From assembly GCA_964543805.1 (NCBI GenBank), contig CAZJBC010000001.1, positions 9,537 to 42,430 of the forward strand: a stretch of DNA of 32,894 nucleotides, written 5' to 3'. Below the pieces are notes generated by a model. It was given only the letters and a program-made list of their open reading frames with translations. It did no database searches and had not been told where the DNA came from. This stretch comes from an uncultured Brevundimonas sp. GTDB lineage: Bacteria; Pseudomonadota; Alphaproteobacteria; Caulobacterales; Caulobacteraceae. Position 1 is the stretch's first letter. Each line of letters opens with the position of its first letter. The position numbers and the translations under genes were made by a program. Of the stretch, positions 17,089 to 25,228 are shown piece by piece.

Positions 17089-17859
17089 CTAGGCCGACGG
17101 CAGCCGGCTAACGGTCGGCGCGAGCCTGCCGTCGTCGTGGCAGCTCTTGCAGGCAAGGTTCATGGTCGCGCGGCCGGCCGGATCGGCCTTCCATTTCAGG
17201 GCGTCAGCTTCATAGGGCGTGCCCTTGACCAGAGGCAGCATGTGATCGATGGCCGCGTCGGCCTCGGCCGCATGTCCCGAGCGCTGTGCGGCGACGACAA
17301 GGCCGGCCAGACCCTCGCCGCGGATATGGAGCGGCAGCTTGTCCACCACCGGCGCCTGGGCTGCGGTCAAGGCCTGGTAATAGCCATAGGTGCGGTTCCA
17401 CAGGACGGTGCGGTCGGCCGGCGCGACCCGGTCGGCGAACAGCACGCCGATGCCGCCGCCCACCGCGATGACCGCCGGCGAGGTGACTGCGTATTTGTCG
17501 GCCTCGTCCAGGTCGGCCAAGGCATGGGCGTAGAGCGCTGCATAGTCGGCGGCCTTGCCGGCCTCGCGGGCCAGAACGGCGCGGTAGAGCAAAGCGCCCG
17601 CCTGCCAGGCTCGCGTCTCTCCGCGGGCGTCGGGACGCGTGGCATAGAGCTTGTCGAGATTGGCCTCGCCCCGGGCCATGGAGGTCAGGTCGCCGCCCAT
17701 GAACCCGTCGAAGATATCTTCGCGCACCAGAGTAGAAACCGGCAGCCGGCTGTCGGCCAACTGAGCGGCGGAAGGGGTCGAGGCCGACTGGGCCGAAGCG
17801 GCGCCGGCCAGCAGGGCGGCAAGCGCGACGCCGGCGAGTGTCTTGATGGATGCGACCAT
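17089..17859 (-). CDS. secreted helical protein with a single C-terminal CxxCH motif
   Basis: 256 aa from ATG 17859, starting with the signal MVASIKTLAGVALAALLAGAASAQS. The body is Ala/Leu-rich and helical-repeat-like. The only Cys pair is in ...NLACKSCHDDGRL, 19 residues from the C-terminus. It lies 23 nt downstream of the preceding gene on the same strand. Confidence 0.6.
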   Translation of the reverse strand: MVASIKTLAGVALAALLAGAASAQSASTPSAAQLADSRLPVSTLVREDIFDGFMGGDLTSMARGEANLDKLYATRPDARGETRAWQAGALLYRAVLAREAGKAADYAALYAHALADLDEADKYAVTSPAVIAVGGGIGVLFADRVAPADRTVLWNRTYGYYQALTAAQAPVVDKLPLHIRGEGLAGLVVAAQRSGHAAEADAAIDHMLPLVKGTPYEADALKWKADPAGRATMNLACKSCHDDGRLAPTVSRLPSA

Positions 17860-17882
17860 GATGTCTGTCTCCAGGATTTCTG

Positions 17883-18317
17883 TCAGGAACGGGGCGCAGG
17901 CGCAGGCAGGGCGGGCTGCGCCGGGTCCGCTGACTTGGATGGCGTATTTGCCGCCGGCGCGAGGTGGGTCATGGTCATTGGTACGTCCTCGCCGTTCTGG
18001 GTCCAAAGACCAACCCAGCCCGCCTTGGCGGCATCCCAGTGACCCGCGAAAGAGCCGTCAATGCCGGCAAAGGTGAGCCGCAACGACTGGCCATCCAGAC
18101 TGACGGTCTCGGAGGGTTGCGCCGAAATTCCCTGGGCGGGTACGTCGACCGAACCGGAATAGCCGCCCTTGGCGTCCTTGGTCAGATGCACGACGGCATC
18201 GATCGGATCCGGTTGAGCTTCAACCCGCACGCTCCAATCGCCGTCGAGCGACTGAGCCGCGGCCGTCCCGCCCAGAACGAGGGTGGCGATGACAGCGCCG
18301 ATAAGCCGAATATTCAT
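17883..18317 (-). CDS. small secreted beta-rich protein, unknown function
   Basis: 144 aa from ATG 18317, with AGGGG upstream and the signal MNIRLIGAVIATLVLGGTAAAQS. The module GDWSVRV...VVHLTKDAKGGYSGSVDVPAQGI...LRLTFAGIDGSFAGHWD...WVGLWTQNGEDVPMTM resembles a beta-sandwich module often found at the N-terminus of secreted hydrolases. Confidence 0.6.
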   Translation of the reverse strand: MNIRLIGAVIATLVLGGTAAAQSLDGDWSVRVEAQPDPIDAVVHLTKDAKGGYSGSVDVPAQGISAQPSETVSLDGQSLRLTFAGIDGSFAGHWDAAKAGWVGLWTQNGEDVPMTMTHLAPAANTPSKSADPAQPALPAPAPRS

Positions 18318-18559
18318 GACCAACCCCTATCGTGTTATAACTGGTAGCTTGTATTACACCATAATGTGGACGGGTCAAGCCTTTGCCCGGGATCTGTTGT
18401 CAGGCCACCAACGGCGGAGATCTGACGAGAGAGGACCCGCCGCGACGATCTCGCCCAACTAGGCTTCGTCCTGCGCCGCTGGCTGCCGCAAAAATTGAAG
18501 GAGTCAGGAGATCGTGCTATCAGGGTGACATGTGATGGCGATCAAAGGAGAGTGCTCCG

Positions 18560-18958
18560 GTGAAGCAAATGACATCCCTGTGCCTGGCGACGCTGATCGG
18601 CTGCGTTTCAGCCCCTGCCCTTGCCCAGACATTCTTTCAGCAAACCGACAGGCCCGAGGTTGTCGCGCCGCCGACCCAGCCGGCTGTGGCGCTATCGCCA
18701 GCCGATCAGGCCGCCGCGGCGAAGCTCGCCGTCCAGGTCCAGGCGGACAAGGCGGCCGTGGACAATACCCTGGCGAACTACCGATCCGTCTCAAGCGCTT
18801 CGAGAGTGAACACCGACGAGGTGTCGTCCGCCAACCTTGACGTCGGCGGCGTGCGTCAGGCGCAATCGGAATACCAGCTTGCCCTGGACACCTACCGGCA
18901 CGCCCTGGCGAATTACAACGCCTGCATCTCCGGCCAGGCATCCCGCTGTCGCGCCTAG
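18560..18958 (+). CDS. small secreted coiled-coil-like protein, unknown function
   Basis: 132-aa ORF with a GTG start 9 nt after AGGAG and the signal MTSLCLATLIGCVSAPALAQ. It has an Ala/Gln-rich helical body and a C-terminal Cys pair (ACISGQASRC). Confidence 0.55.
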   Translation: MKQMTSLCLATLIGCVSAPALAQTFFQQTDRPEVVAPPTQPAVALSPADQAAAAKLAVQVQADKAAVDNTLANYRSVSSASRVNTDEVSSANLDVGGVRQAQSEYQLALDTYRHALANYNACISGQASRCRA

Positions 18959-18995
18959 ACCGAGCGCGCGGCAACGCCAAGACAGGTCGGGCCGG

Positions 18996-20258
18996 TCAGG
19001 GCGCGCGGGGCGGTTCGATCTCGGGCGCTTCGGGCCTGGAAAGGCGTCCTTCCCAGCGGGCGACAACGACGGCGGCGACGGCATTACCGACCACATTGGT
19101 GCCTGAGCGGCCCATGTCGAGGAACTGGTCGACCGCCAGGATCATCACGAGGCCGGCCTCGGGAATGCTGAACTGACTCATCACGGCCGAGATGACCACC
19201 AGGCTGGCGCGCGGCACCGCGGCCATGCCCTTGGAGGTGATCATCAGGGTCAGCAGCATGGCGATCTGCTGGCCGCCGCTTAGGTGGACGCCATAAACCT
19301 GGGCGATGAACAGGGTCGCGAAGGTCATGTACATCATTGAGCCGTCGAGATTGAACGAATAGCCCAGCGGTAAGACGAACGAGGCGATCCGGGGCGGCAC
19401 GCCGAAGCGCTCCAGCGCCTCAAGCGTGCGCGGATAGGCGGCCTCGGACGAAGCGGTCGAAAAGGCCAGCAGGATCGGCTCGCGGATGTAGCGGATCAGG
19501 TGCGAGGCGCGCTTGCCGGCGACCGCGAAGGCGACAAGGCCCAGCAACATCCAAAGCAGGGCCAGCCCCAGATAGAAGCTGCCGACAAACAGGGCGAAGG
19601 TGGACAGCACCTGCAGGCCCTGCGCGGCGACGACCTTGGTCATGGCGGCGAACACGGCCAGGGGCGAAAGGCGCATCACATAGTCGGTGACCTGAAGCAT
19701 GATCGACGACAAGGAATCGATGACCTTTGTCGCCGGCTCGGCCTTGTGGCCGATGGCGCTCATGGCGACACCGAAGAACAGGGCGAAGATGACGATCTGC
19801 AGGATGGTGTTGTTGGCCATGGCTTCGGCAATGGAGCGCGGGAACATGTCCGACAGGGTGGTCGTAATGTCGCCCGCCGGCTTGGCGATACCAGCGCTGG
19901 CGTCAGGCGGCGGCAGGGGCAAATGGGCGCCAAGGCCCGGGTGGATCAGGGTGACCAGGGCCAGGCCCAGGGTCAGGGAGACCAGAGTCGCGCCCAGGAA
20001 CCAGAGGATTGTCTGGGCGCCGCCCCGGCCGCGCGAGGCCGCATCGCCCATGTGCACGATCCCTGAGACCAGGGTGGCGAACACCAGCGGGCCGATGATC
20101 ATCTTGATCAGCCGCAGGAAGATGGTGGTGACCAGCCCCAGCCATTTGCCGATTTCGCCAAGGGCGGCGGCGTCGGTGACGGTGGCGTGCAGAACAGCGC
20201 CGGTGATCACGCCGAGGACCAGGGCAATCAGGATGAACAGAGTCAGTCGCTTGGCCAT
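18996..20258 (-). CDS. dicarboxylate/amino acid:cation symporter (DAACS family)
   Basis: 420 aa from ATG 20258, polytopic. Family blocks are AFSTASSEAAYPRT, KGMAAVPRASLVVISAVM and VDQFLDMGRSGTNVVGNAVAAVVVARWEG. Confidence 0.9.
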   Translation of the reverse strand: MAKRLTLFILIALVLGVITGAVLHATVTDAAALGEIGKWLGLVTTIFLRLIKMIIGPLVFATLVSGIVHMGDAASRGRGGAQTILWFLGATLVSLTLGLALVTLIHPGLGAHLPLPPPDASAGIAKPAGDITTTLSDMFPRSIAEAMANNTILQIVIFALFFGVAMSAIGHKAEPATKVIDSLSSIMLQVTDYVMRLSPLAVFAAMTKVVAAQGLQVLSTFALFVGSFYLGLALLWMLLGLVAFAVAGKRASHLIRYIREPILLAFSTASSEAAYPRTLEALERFGVPPRIASFVLPLGYSFNLDGSMMYMTFATLFIAQVYGVHLSGGQQIAMLLTLMITSKGMAAVPRASLVVISAVMSQFSIPEAGLVMILAVDQFLDMGRSGTNVVGNAVAAVVVARWEGRLSRPEAPEIEPPRAP

Positions 20259-20356
20259 GGCCCCGGTATCCCCCACCTGCGCAAGGCCGCAGTTGGCGGG
20301 CTGCGGCGCGGCCGGTCAAGCGCGATGAGCCGCTCGGGCGAATTTGGAGGCGACGA

Positions 20357-22006
20357 TCAGCGCGTCGAAAAGATCTGCGGGGCGACCGGCAGGCTGGCCA
20401 GGCCGGGATAGTTCTGCCCGCCGACCAGCTTCTGGACCACAGTCGCCCCGCCGCCGGAGGTCGACAGCGACAGGGAAAGATCACCGTTCGGCCCGCGCAC
20501 GAACCGGGCGGTCGATGGGTCGAACGCAGGCGCGTTCGGGCCCATGCTGGCGATCAGCGCGTCCGCGACCTGCGAGGCCGAAGCGCCCGACATCGCCATC
20601 TGGCCGATCGCCAGTTGTTCGGCGGTTGGCTGGGGAGGGCCCGCCGCTGGATAGCCTTCGGGGGTGGGGTCAAACCTTGGTGAATCTCCTGCGAACGGGA
20701 GGCTGCCGAGGGGGCCGGGCGGAAGATAGTCGCCGAAGGCAGGACTACGATAGGCGGGTCCGCCGTTGGAGTCGGAAAAGCCGATGGCAAGCGTTCCGCT
20801 GTAGGTGCGAACGAACCGCGCCTGGCTGGGATCGAGGTTGGCCGGCCAGCCCGGGAGCCCGGCGTTCAGAGCCATTCGGTAAATGTCACCCGGCGAGGCC
20901 CCCAGTTGTAGGGCCAATCGCATGTCTCCCGAGTCTATGGCGTCATATAGGGCTATCTCTTCCGGTGTGCGCGGAGCGGGATCGGTGGTCTGCAGGACGG
21001 ACGCCGGCGCCTGGGTCATGCCGACCTTGGGCTGCGCCGGGGCTCCAAGCGCCGCACCTACCGCGCCGCCTTGCGCCAACCTCACCACAGGCGGCTGGGC
21101 GGCCCAGGCGGCGAACCCCGCGCCGGCGGTGAGCAGGGCGATACCGGCGGCGCCGGCGATCAGGCGTGTCTTTCCCGGGGATTTGTTGGCGAGCATGCCG
21201 ACCCTCTCCTCCAGCCGGTTGCCGGACCGCGCTGGCCAGGAACAGCCGAGCGGAAGGGCCCCCGCCCCAAGTTGGGTTTTCAACAGCGCCTGCGCATAGG
21301 TGCGCCGCTGGTGCGGGAATTTCTCGACGACGGCGGCATCACAGGCCAGCTCCTGGTCGATCCGGGCATAGTGCGCGCCCAGATGAATCAGCGGATTGAA
21401 CCAGTTGACGATGCGGATTAGGGCGGTCGCGCCATTGATCAGGGTGTGGCCGCTCTTCAGATGGCTGGTTTCATGGGCAAGGATCATCCTCTGCTCGTCC
21501 GGCTCAAAGCGATGCTCGAAATCGGCGGGGACGATCAGGCGCGGGCGAAAGACGCCCAGCAGGGCAGGACCAACGCCGGGGTTTGATGCGCGCGCCAGGC
21601 CGGGACTATCGGCGTCCGCCGTGACCTGGCCAAACCGGGCGAGGGCCCGGCGCTGGCTGGCGGCCAGAAGCAACAGGCCGGCGGCAACGCCGAACAGCCA
21701 CAGCAGCGTCAGCCCTTGCGTCGGATCAAGCGGCGCTGCGTGTTTCGTGACTGCCGCCGCGGGACCGGCTAGCGAGCCGGCCCATTGCGATGGTGGCACA
21801 GGCTGGAAAGCCGGCACCTGGACCAGGATCGTTCGCGCCGGCAGCAGGCTGGCCAGCATGGCGGCGGGCGGAACAAGCCAAAGGCTGTAGGCGACGCGTG
21901 CGCCAAGCAGGCTTCGCACCGGACGCCGCAGGCCCAGCACGCCCAGCACGCCCGCGCCGGCCGCCAGATTGGCGAGGATCAAAGAGGACAGGAGTTCATT
22001 TGTCAT
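20357..22006 (-). CDS. M56-family (BlaR1/MecR1-like) membrane metalloprotease sensor with a non-canonical C-terminal domain
   Basis: 549-aa ORF with N-terminal TM helices, HETSH (HExxH, residues 178-182, nt 21461-21475) and downstream QELACDAAVV. The last TM is about residues 281-303. A 246-aa extracytoplasmic region follows, made of two related modules. ATG 22006 overlaps the stop of the blaI-like gene by 11 nt. Confidence 0.85.
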   Translation of the reverse strand: MTNELLSSLILANLAAGAGVLGVLGLRRPVRSLLGARVAYSLWLVPPAAMLASLLPARTILVQVPAFQPVPPSQWAGSLAGPAAAVTKHAAPLDPTQGLTLLWLFGVAAGLLLLAASQRRALARFGQVTADADSPGLARASNPGVGPALLGVFRPRLIVPADFEHRFEPDEQRMILAHETSHLKSGHTLINGATALIRIVNWFNPLIHLGAHYARIDQELACDAAVVEKFPHQRRTYAQALLKTQLGAGALPLGCSWPARSGNRLEERVGMLANKSPGKTRLIAGAAGIALLTAGAGFAAWAAQPPVVRLAQGGAVGAALGAPAQPKVGMTQAPASVLQTTDPAPRTPEEIALYDAIDSGDMRLALQLGASPGDIYRMALNAGLPGWPANLDPSQARFVRTYSGTLAIGFSDSNGGPAYRSPAFGDYLPPGPLGSLPFAGDSPRFDPTPEGYPAAGPPQPTAEQLAIGQMAMSGASASQVADALIASMGPNAPAFDPSTARFVRGPNGDLSLSLSTSGGGATVVQKLVGGQNYPGLASLPVAPQIFSTR

Positions 22007-22364
22007 CGCTCAGCCTTTCGACCAATGCCTTCAGCCGCGCGATCTCGGCGGCGCTCAAGTCCTGACGTTCGGAGAACTGGGTAACGAAGGTTTCGATCTG
22101 CCCGTCGAACAGCCGGTCGAGCAGCCCCTTGCTTTCGGCGTGCACATAGTCGGCGCGGGCGAACATCGGCGCATAGAGGAATCGCTTACCGTCCTTGACC
22201 GCGTTGACGGCCTTTTTGTGCAGCAGGCGCGACATGAAGGTGCGCACCGTCCCGTCGGTCCAGTTGGAGTCGGTCAGCTGTTCGCGCAGCTCTTCCACGG
22301 CCAGCGGACGGTCCGCTCGCCAGAGGGCTTCCATGATCAGGGCTTCGGCCGTGGTGATCTTCAT
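21996..22364 (-). CDS. BlaI/MecI/CopY-family transcriptional repressor
   Basis: 122 aa from ATG 22364. MKITTAEALIMEALWRADRPLAVEELREQL...GTVRTFMSRLLHKKAV... is the winged-helix pattern of the penicillinase-repressor family. It is translationally coupled to the M56 gene. Confidence 0.9.
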   Translation of the reverse strand: MKITTAEALIMEALWRADRPLAVEELREQLTDSNWTDGTVRTFMSRLLHKKAVNAVKDGKRFLYAPMFARADYVHAESKGLLDRLFDGQIETFVTQFSERQDLSAAEIARLKALVERLSDDK

Positions 22365-22412
22365 ATCCGAGACATCCGTCGCAGTTGATGAAACGTGACA
22401 CTTGTCTCGGAT
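22365..22412. promoter_or_regulatory. inverted repeat and cop-box-like dyad abutting the blaI-like start codon (candidate operator or 5'-UTR hairpin)
   Basis: ATCCGAGACA (22365-22374) and TGTCTCGGAT (22403-22412) are perfect 10-bp reverse complements 28 bp apart. The left arm ends immediately before the ATG (22364, minus strand). Inside it, GACAcTTGTC (22397-22406) is a 4+2+4 dyad with the same geometry as the TACAnnTGTA boxes bound by CopY/BlaI-type repressors. Confidence 0.45.
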
Positions 22413-22529
22413 GGAGTCAAGCGGGGGATTTTCCAGTATTTTCAAACAATCGGCGCGTGTCGGAGCGGTTCGGGCGGGACGGGGGAAGCCCATTGGCCAA
22501 GGCGGGCCGCCTGGTCTAACGTGGCCGCC

Positions 22530-23165
22530 ATGAAACAGCAGATCCTTCTGACAATTTTCGCCGTCGCCTCGATCGGCGTCGCCGGCGCGCCGTTCTGCGC
22601 CACCGCCCAGACGGCGCGCGCTCCCGTCCCCGGCGCCCGCGCGCCCGCGAGCCTGATCTCTCTGCCGCGCTGCGTCTGGGGCAAGCTCAAGGCGGGCGAC
22701 CGCAAGCCTCTGCTCATGTCCACCGAGACCAACGACACCGCCGGGATCGAGGGCGCTCTGACCGAGATCAAGGCCGACACCCTGCTGCAGGCCCGCGCCT
22801 GCTCGCCGAGCATCGACCATGACGCCTCGACGGGCGATGCGGTGTTGCTGGCCGGCCTGCCCCAGGAAGCCGCCGCCGATCTGTTGAACCGTGACCTGAA
22901 ACTGACTCGCGTCCAGCTGGACCACGCCGTCGCCGCCGCGCCTGCCGCCCTGACCGCGGACCTGCGCAAGGCTGCCGACAATGTCGAGAATAAGCGCCCG
23001 GTCGGCGCCCTGCCCCCGCTTGACCCGATCGTTGCGGCCCTGCATCGCCCGGCGGGCTCAGCGGCGCTCACCGCCCGCCAGAGCCTGTGGCTGCAGGTCT
23101 ATGTGCTCGGCCACTTCGAGGTGCGCGCAGCCGCCGACAGCTACGATCCAAACCCCAAGCTCTAG
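22530..23165 (+). CDS. secreted Cys-pair protein, unknown family (copy A)
   Basis: 211 aa from ATG 22530, starting with the signal MKQQILLTIFAVASIGVAGAPFCATAQ. It is divergent from the blaI-like gene. It shares conserved blocks RCVW, C(S/A)PS, GL.QEA.ADLL.RDL.LTR..LD.AVAAAP..LT and (F)(E/Q)(V/I)RAAA..YDP with the ORF at 26644..27249. Confidence 0.65.
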   Translation: MKQQILLTIFAVASIGVAGAPFCATAQTARAPVPGARAPASLISLPRCVWGKLKAGDRKPLLMSTETNDTAGIEGALTEIKADTLLQARACSPSIDHDASTGDAVLLAGLPQEAAADLLNRDLKLTRVQLDHAVAAAPAALTADLRKAADNVENKRPVGALPPLDPIVAALHRPAGSAALTARQSLWLQVYVLGHFEVRAAADSYDPNPKL

Positions 23166-23171
23166 CCTGCC

Positions 23172-25142
23172 CTACTCGCGGGCGAGCGCCGCCGTAACCC
23201 CGCTGGCGGCTGCCAGTTCAGTGGCGTCCAGGGCGCCGTCGCCGTTGCGGTCAAGCATGGTGAACCGCAGTTTGAGCAGCGCGCCGGTGGCGCCTTTAAG
23301 CTCGGCCAGCTCGATCTTGTTGTCCAGGTTGTCGTCGAACATGCCCAGGGTCCGGCTGGCCAGCAGCGCCTTGTCGTTGTCGGTCGGCTTTTCCACCGTT
23401 TCATCCATCCAGCGATAGCTGAGCGCGGTGTAGAGCATCTCGTCGAACGACTGCTCGCCCCACGGCACCGTGCGCTTGGCGTCCGGATTGGCCGGATTAC
23501 GGGTCGAGTTGTCGTATATGTAGGTGGCGATCAGCTTGGAGCCGGCGGGCACCCGCACGGGCTCGGCGAACCGGTAGTCGCGCTGCCAGTTGAAGTCATA
23601 GTGCGGCACGGCGATCAGCATCTGCCGCTTGCCGTCCGGATAGAGGATTTCCAGCGTCGAGCCGGCGCCGCGATAGTGGGCATGGATGAAGGCGCCGTAC
23701 AGCAGCGCCTCCTTGGGGAAGGTCAGATAGGCCGTCTCGCTGTGCCGCTCTTCGCCCGCCGGAATCTGGATGCTGGGATCCAGGATGACATTGGTGCGCA
23801 TGATATATTTCGGCGGGGTGTCATAATAATAGAGGCCGATCTTGCTGTTGGCCGTCACTTCGCGCCCGAACGGGGTGTAGTGGTTCTGGAAGCCGATGGC
23901 GCCGCCGGCCGGCAGATAGGTGCCGACATCCTTGGGCGCCGGCTGCCATTCGGTGCCGACCGCATAGGTGCCCAGGCTGGCGCCCCAGGTGTTTTCGCTG
24001 GCGGTGGTGGCCCCCGCGGTCGGGTTGGCGATATAGCCGGTCAGGATGTGGTGCACGGCCTGGCGCTGATCGACCTTGAAGGTCGCCGCGCGCAGCCATT
24101 TTCCTTCCGTCGCCGGATAGGGCGTCATCGGACGCTGGTACTGAACAACGCCGGTGGCCGGAATCGTATAGGCCGGAACGTCAAGGATCAGGTCCGGCTT
24201 GCCCATGGGCCACTCGGCCGCGACATAGGTCTTGCCGGCCAGAGGGTCGGCCCCGTCGCCACGCGGCGCGCCGGCCTCGATCCAGTGGTCCAGGGTCCGG
24301 ATCTGCTCGTCGGTCAGGCTCTGGTCGTTAAGGAAGTGGGTGATGGTGGTGTCGGCGTGGAACGGCGGCATGCGCTTGGTGCGCAGGGTCTCGCGGATCA
24401 TCGGCGCCATGGCGCGGATGCGCTCGTAGTTGGTCAGCTCCATCGGCCCGATGCCGCCCTGCTGGTGGCAGACCACGCACTTTTCCTCAATCAGGGGCGC
24501 GATGGTCTTGGCGTAGGAGATCTGGGCGTGCTGGCTGGCCTTGAGCTTTTCCGGGAAGTTGATCAGCTGTCCCTGAACGGCGCGTTGGGCGACGGTGACG
24601 GGACGGCCGGCGATGACCGCGTCGATGGCCTGGGAGGCCCACGGCTGCTTGTCGGTTCCCAGCGGACCGCGATAGGCGACCTTCCAGGTCTTGGGATCCA
24701 GCACGATCACCTCGCCAGAACGGGTGACGTTCAGCTGCTCGCCGACGATCTGGGTCGGATCCATCAGCACCGGCATGCCGTAGTTGAACTGGGCGGTTTC
24801 GGTCAGGATATCGGCGCGGGCGTCAGCCAGGCTGGAATTCAGCATCAGGAACTCAACGCCCTTGCCGGCGAAAGCCGACGTCAGGGCCTTCAGATTCGGC
24901 GCGTTGCTGCGCAGGGCCGGGTCGCCATTGGCCTGGGTGACGATCACCACCGCCTTGTCGTCGGCCATCCGGTACAGCTCATAGGATTGCAGATCAGCCG
25001 TCGTCAGGCGGAAATTATCGACCTTGAGCCCTTCGGCGGCGGCGGCTTCCGCGGCGCGGGACGAGGGTTCGGTGACGGCATAGCCAAAGGCCATGGCTGC
25101 GGCGCTGACGCCGGCGATTGCGAGATATTTGGCCGATTTCAT
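23172..25142 (-). CDS. periplasmic multidomain protein: Cys-less redoxin-like domain + CxxCH (PSCyt1-like) + PHM/DBH-like copper monooxygenase fold + EF-hand pair
   Basis: 656-aa ORF with AGGAGG upstream and the signal MKSAKYLAIAGVSAAAMAFG.
- Residues about 40-160 have an AhpC/TSA-like layout but no Cys.
- IAPLIEEKCVVCHQQGGIGPMEL...KRMPPF carries the CxxCH (nt 24465-24479).
- H364-H365, H421, H487-x-H489 and M569 reproduce the HH..H / HxH..M copper-ligand pattern of peptidylglycine/dopamine monooxygenases.
- The C-terminus has DDNLDNKIELAE and DRNGDGALDATE EF-hand loops (nt 23214-23339). Confidence 0.8.
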   Translation of the reverse strand: MKSAKYLAIAGVSAAAMAFGYAVTEPSSRAAEAAAAEGLKVDNFRLTTADLQSYELYRMADDKAVVIVTQANGDPALRSNAPNLKALTSAFAGKGVEFLMLNSSLADARADILTETAQFNYGMPVLMDPTQIVGEQLNVTRSGEVIVLDPKTWKVAYRGPLGTDKQPWASQAIDAVIAGRPVTVAQRAVQGQLINFPEKLKASQHAQISYAKTIAPLIEEKCVVCHQQGGIGPMELTNYERIRAMAPMIRETLRTKRMPPFHADTTITHFLNDQSLTDEQIRTLDHWIEAGAPRGDGADPLAGKTYVAAEWPMGKPDLILDVPAYTIPATGVVQYQRPMTPYPATEGKWLRAATFKVDQRQAVHHILTGYIANPTAGATTASENTWGASLGTYAVGTEWQPAPKDVGTYLPAGGAIGFQNHYTPFGREVTANSKIGLYYYDTPPKYIMRTNVILDPSIQIPAGEERHSETAYLTFPKEALLYGAFIHAHYRGAGSTLEILYPDGKRQMLIAVPHYDFNWQRDYRFAEPVRVPAGSKLIATYIYDNSTRNPANPDAKRTVPWGEQSFDEMLYTALSYRWMDETVEKPTDNDKALLASRTLGMFDDNLDNKIELAELKGATGALLKLRFTMLDRNGDGALDATELAAASGVTAALARE

Positions 25143-25228
25143 CGATGGAGCCTCCTGCCTGACCCGCGATTGGCCAGACTGCCAGTGCAGAATGGGGCAA
25201 AATTGTTAAAAGACAACGTGGCCGATTG

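Noticed and set aside
18422-18429. CTGACGAG resembling the hammerhead ribozyme CUGANGA core
   Set aside because: No downstream GAAA core element is present, and I could find no three-stem arrangement around it. It is a single 8-mer match by chance.
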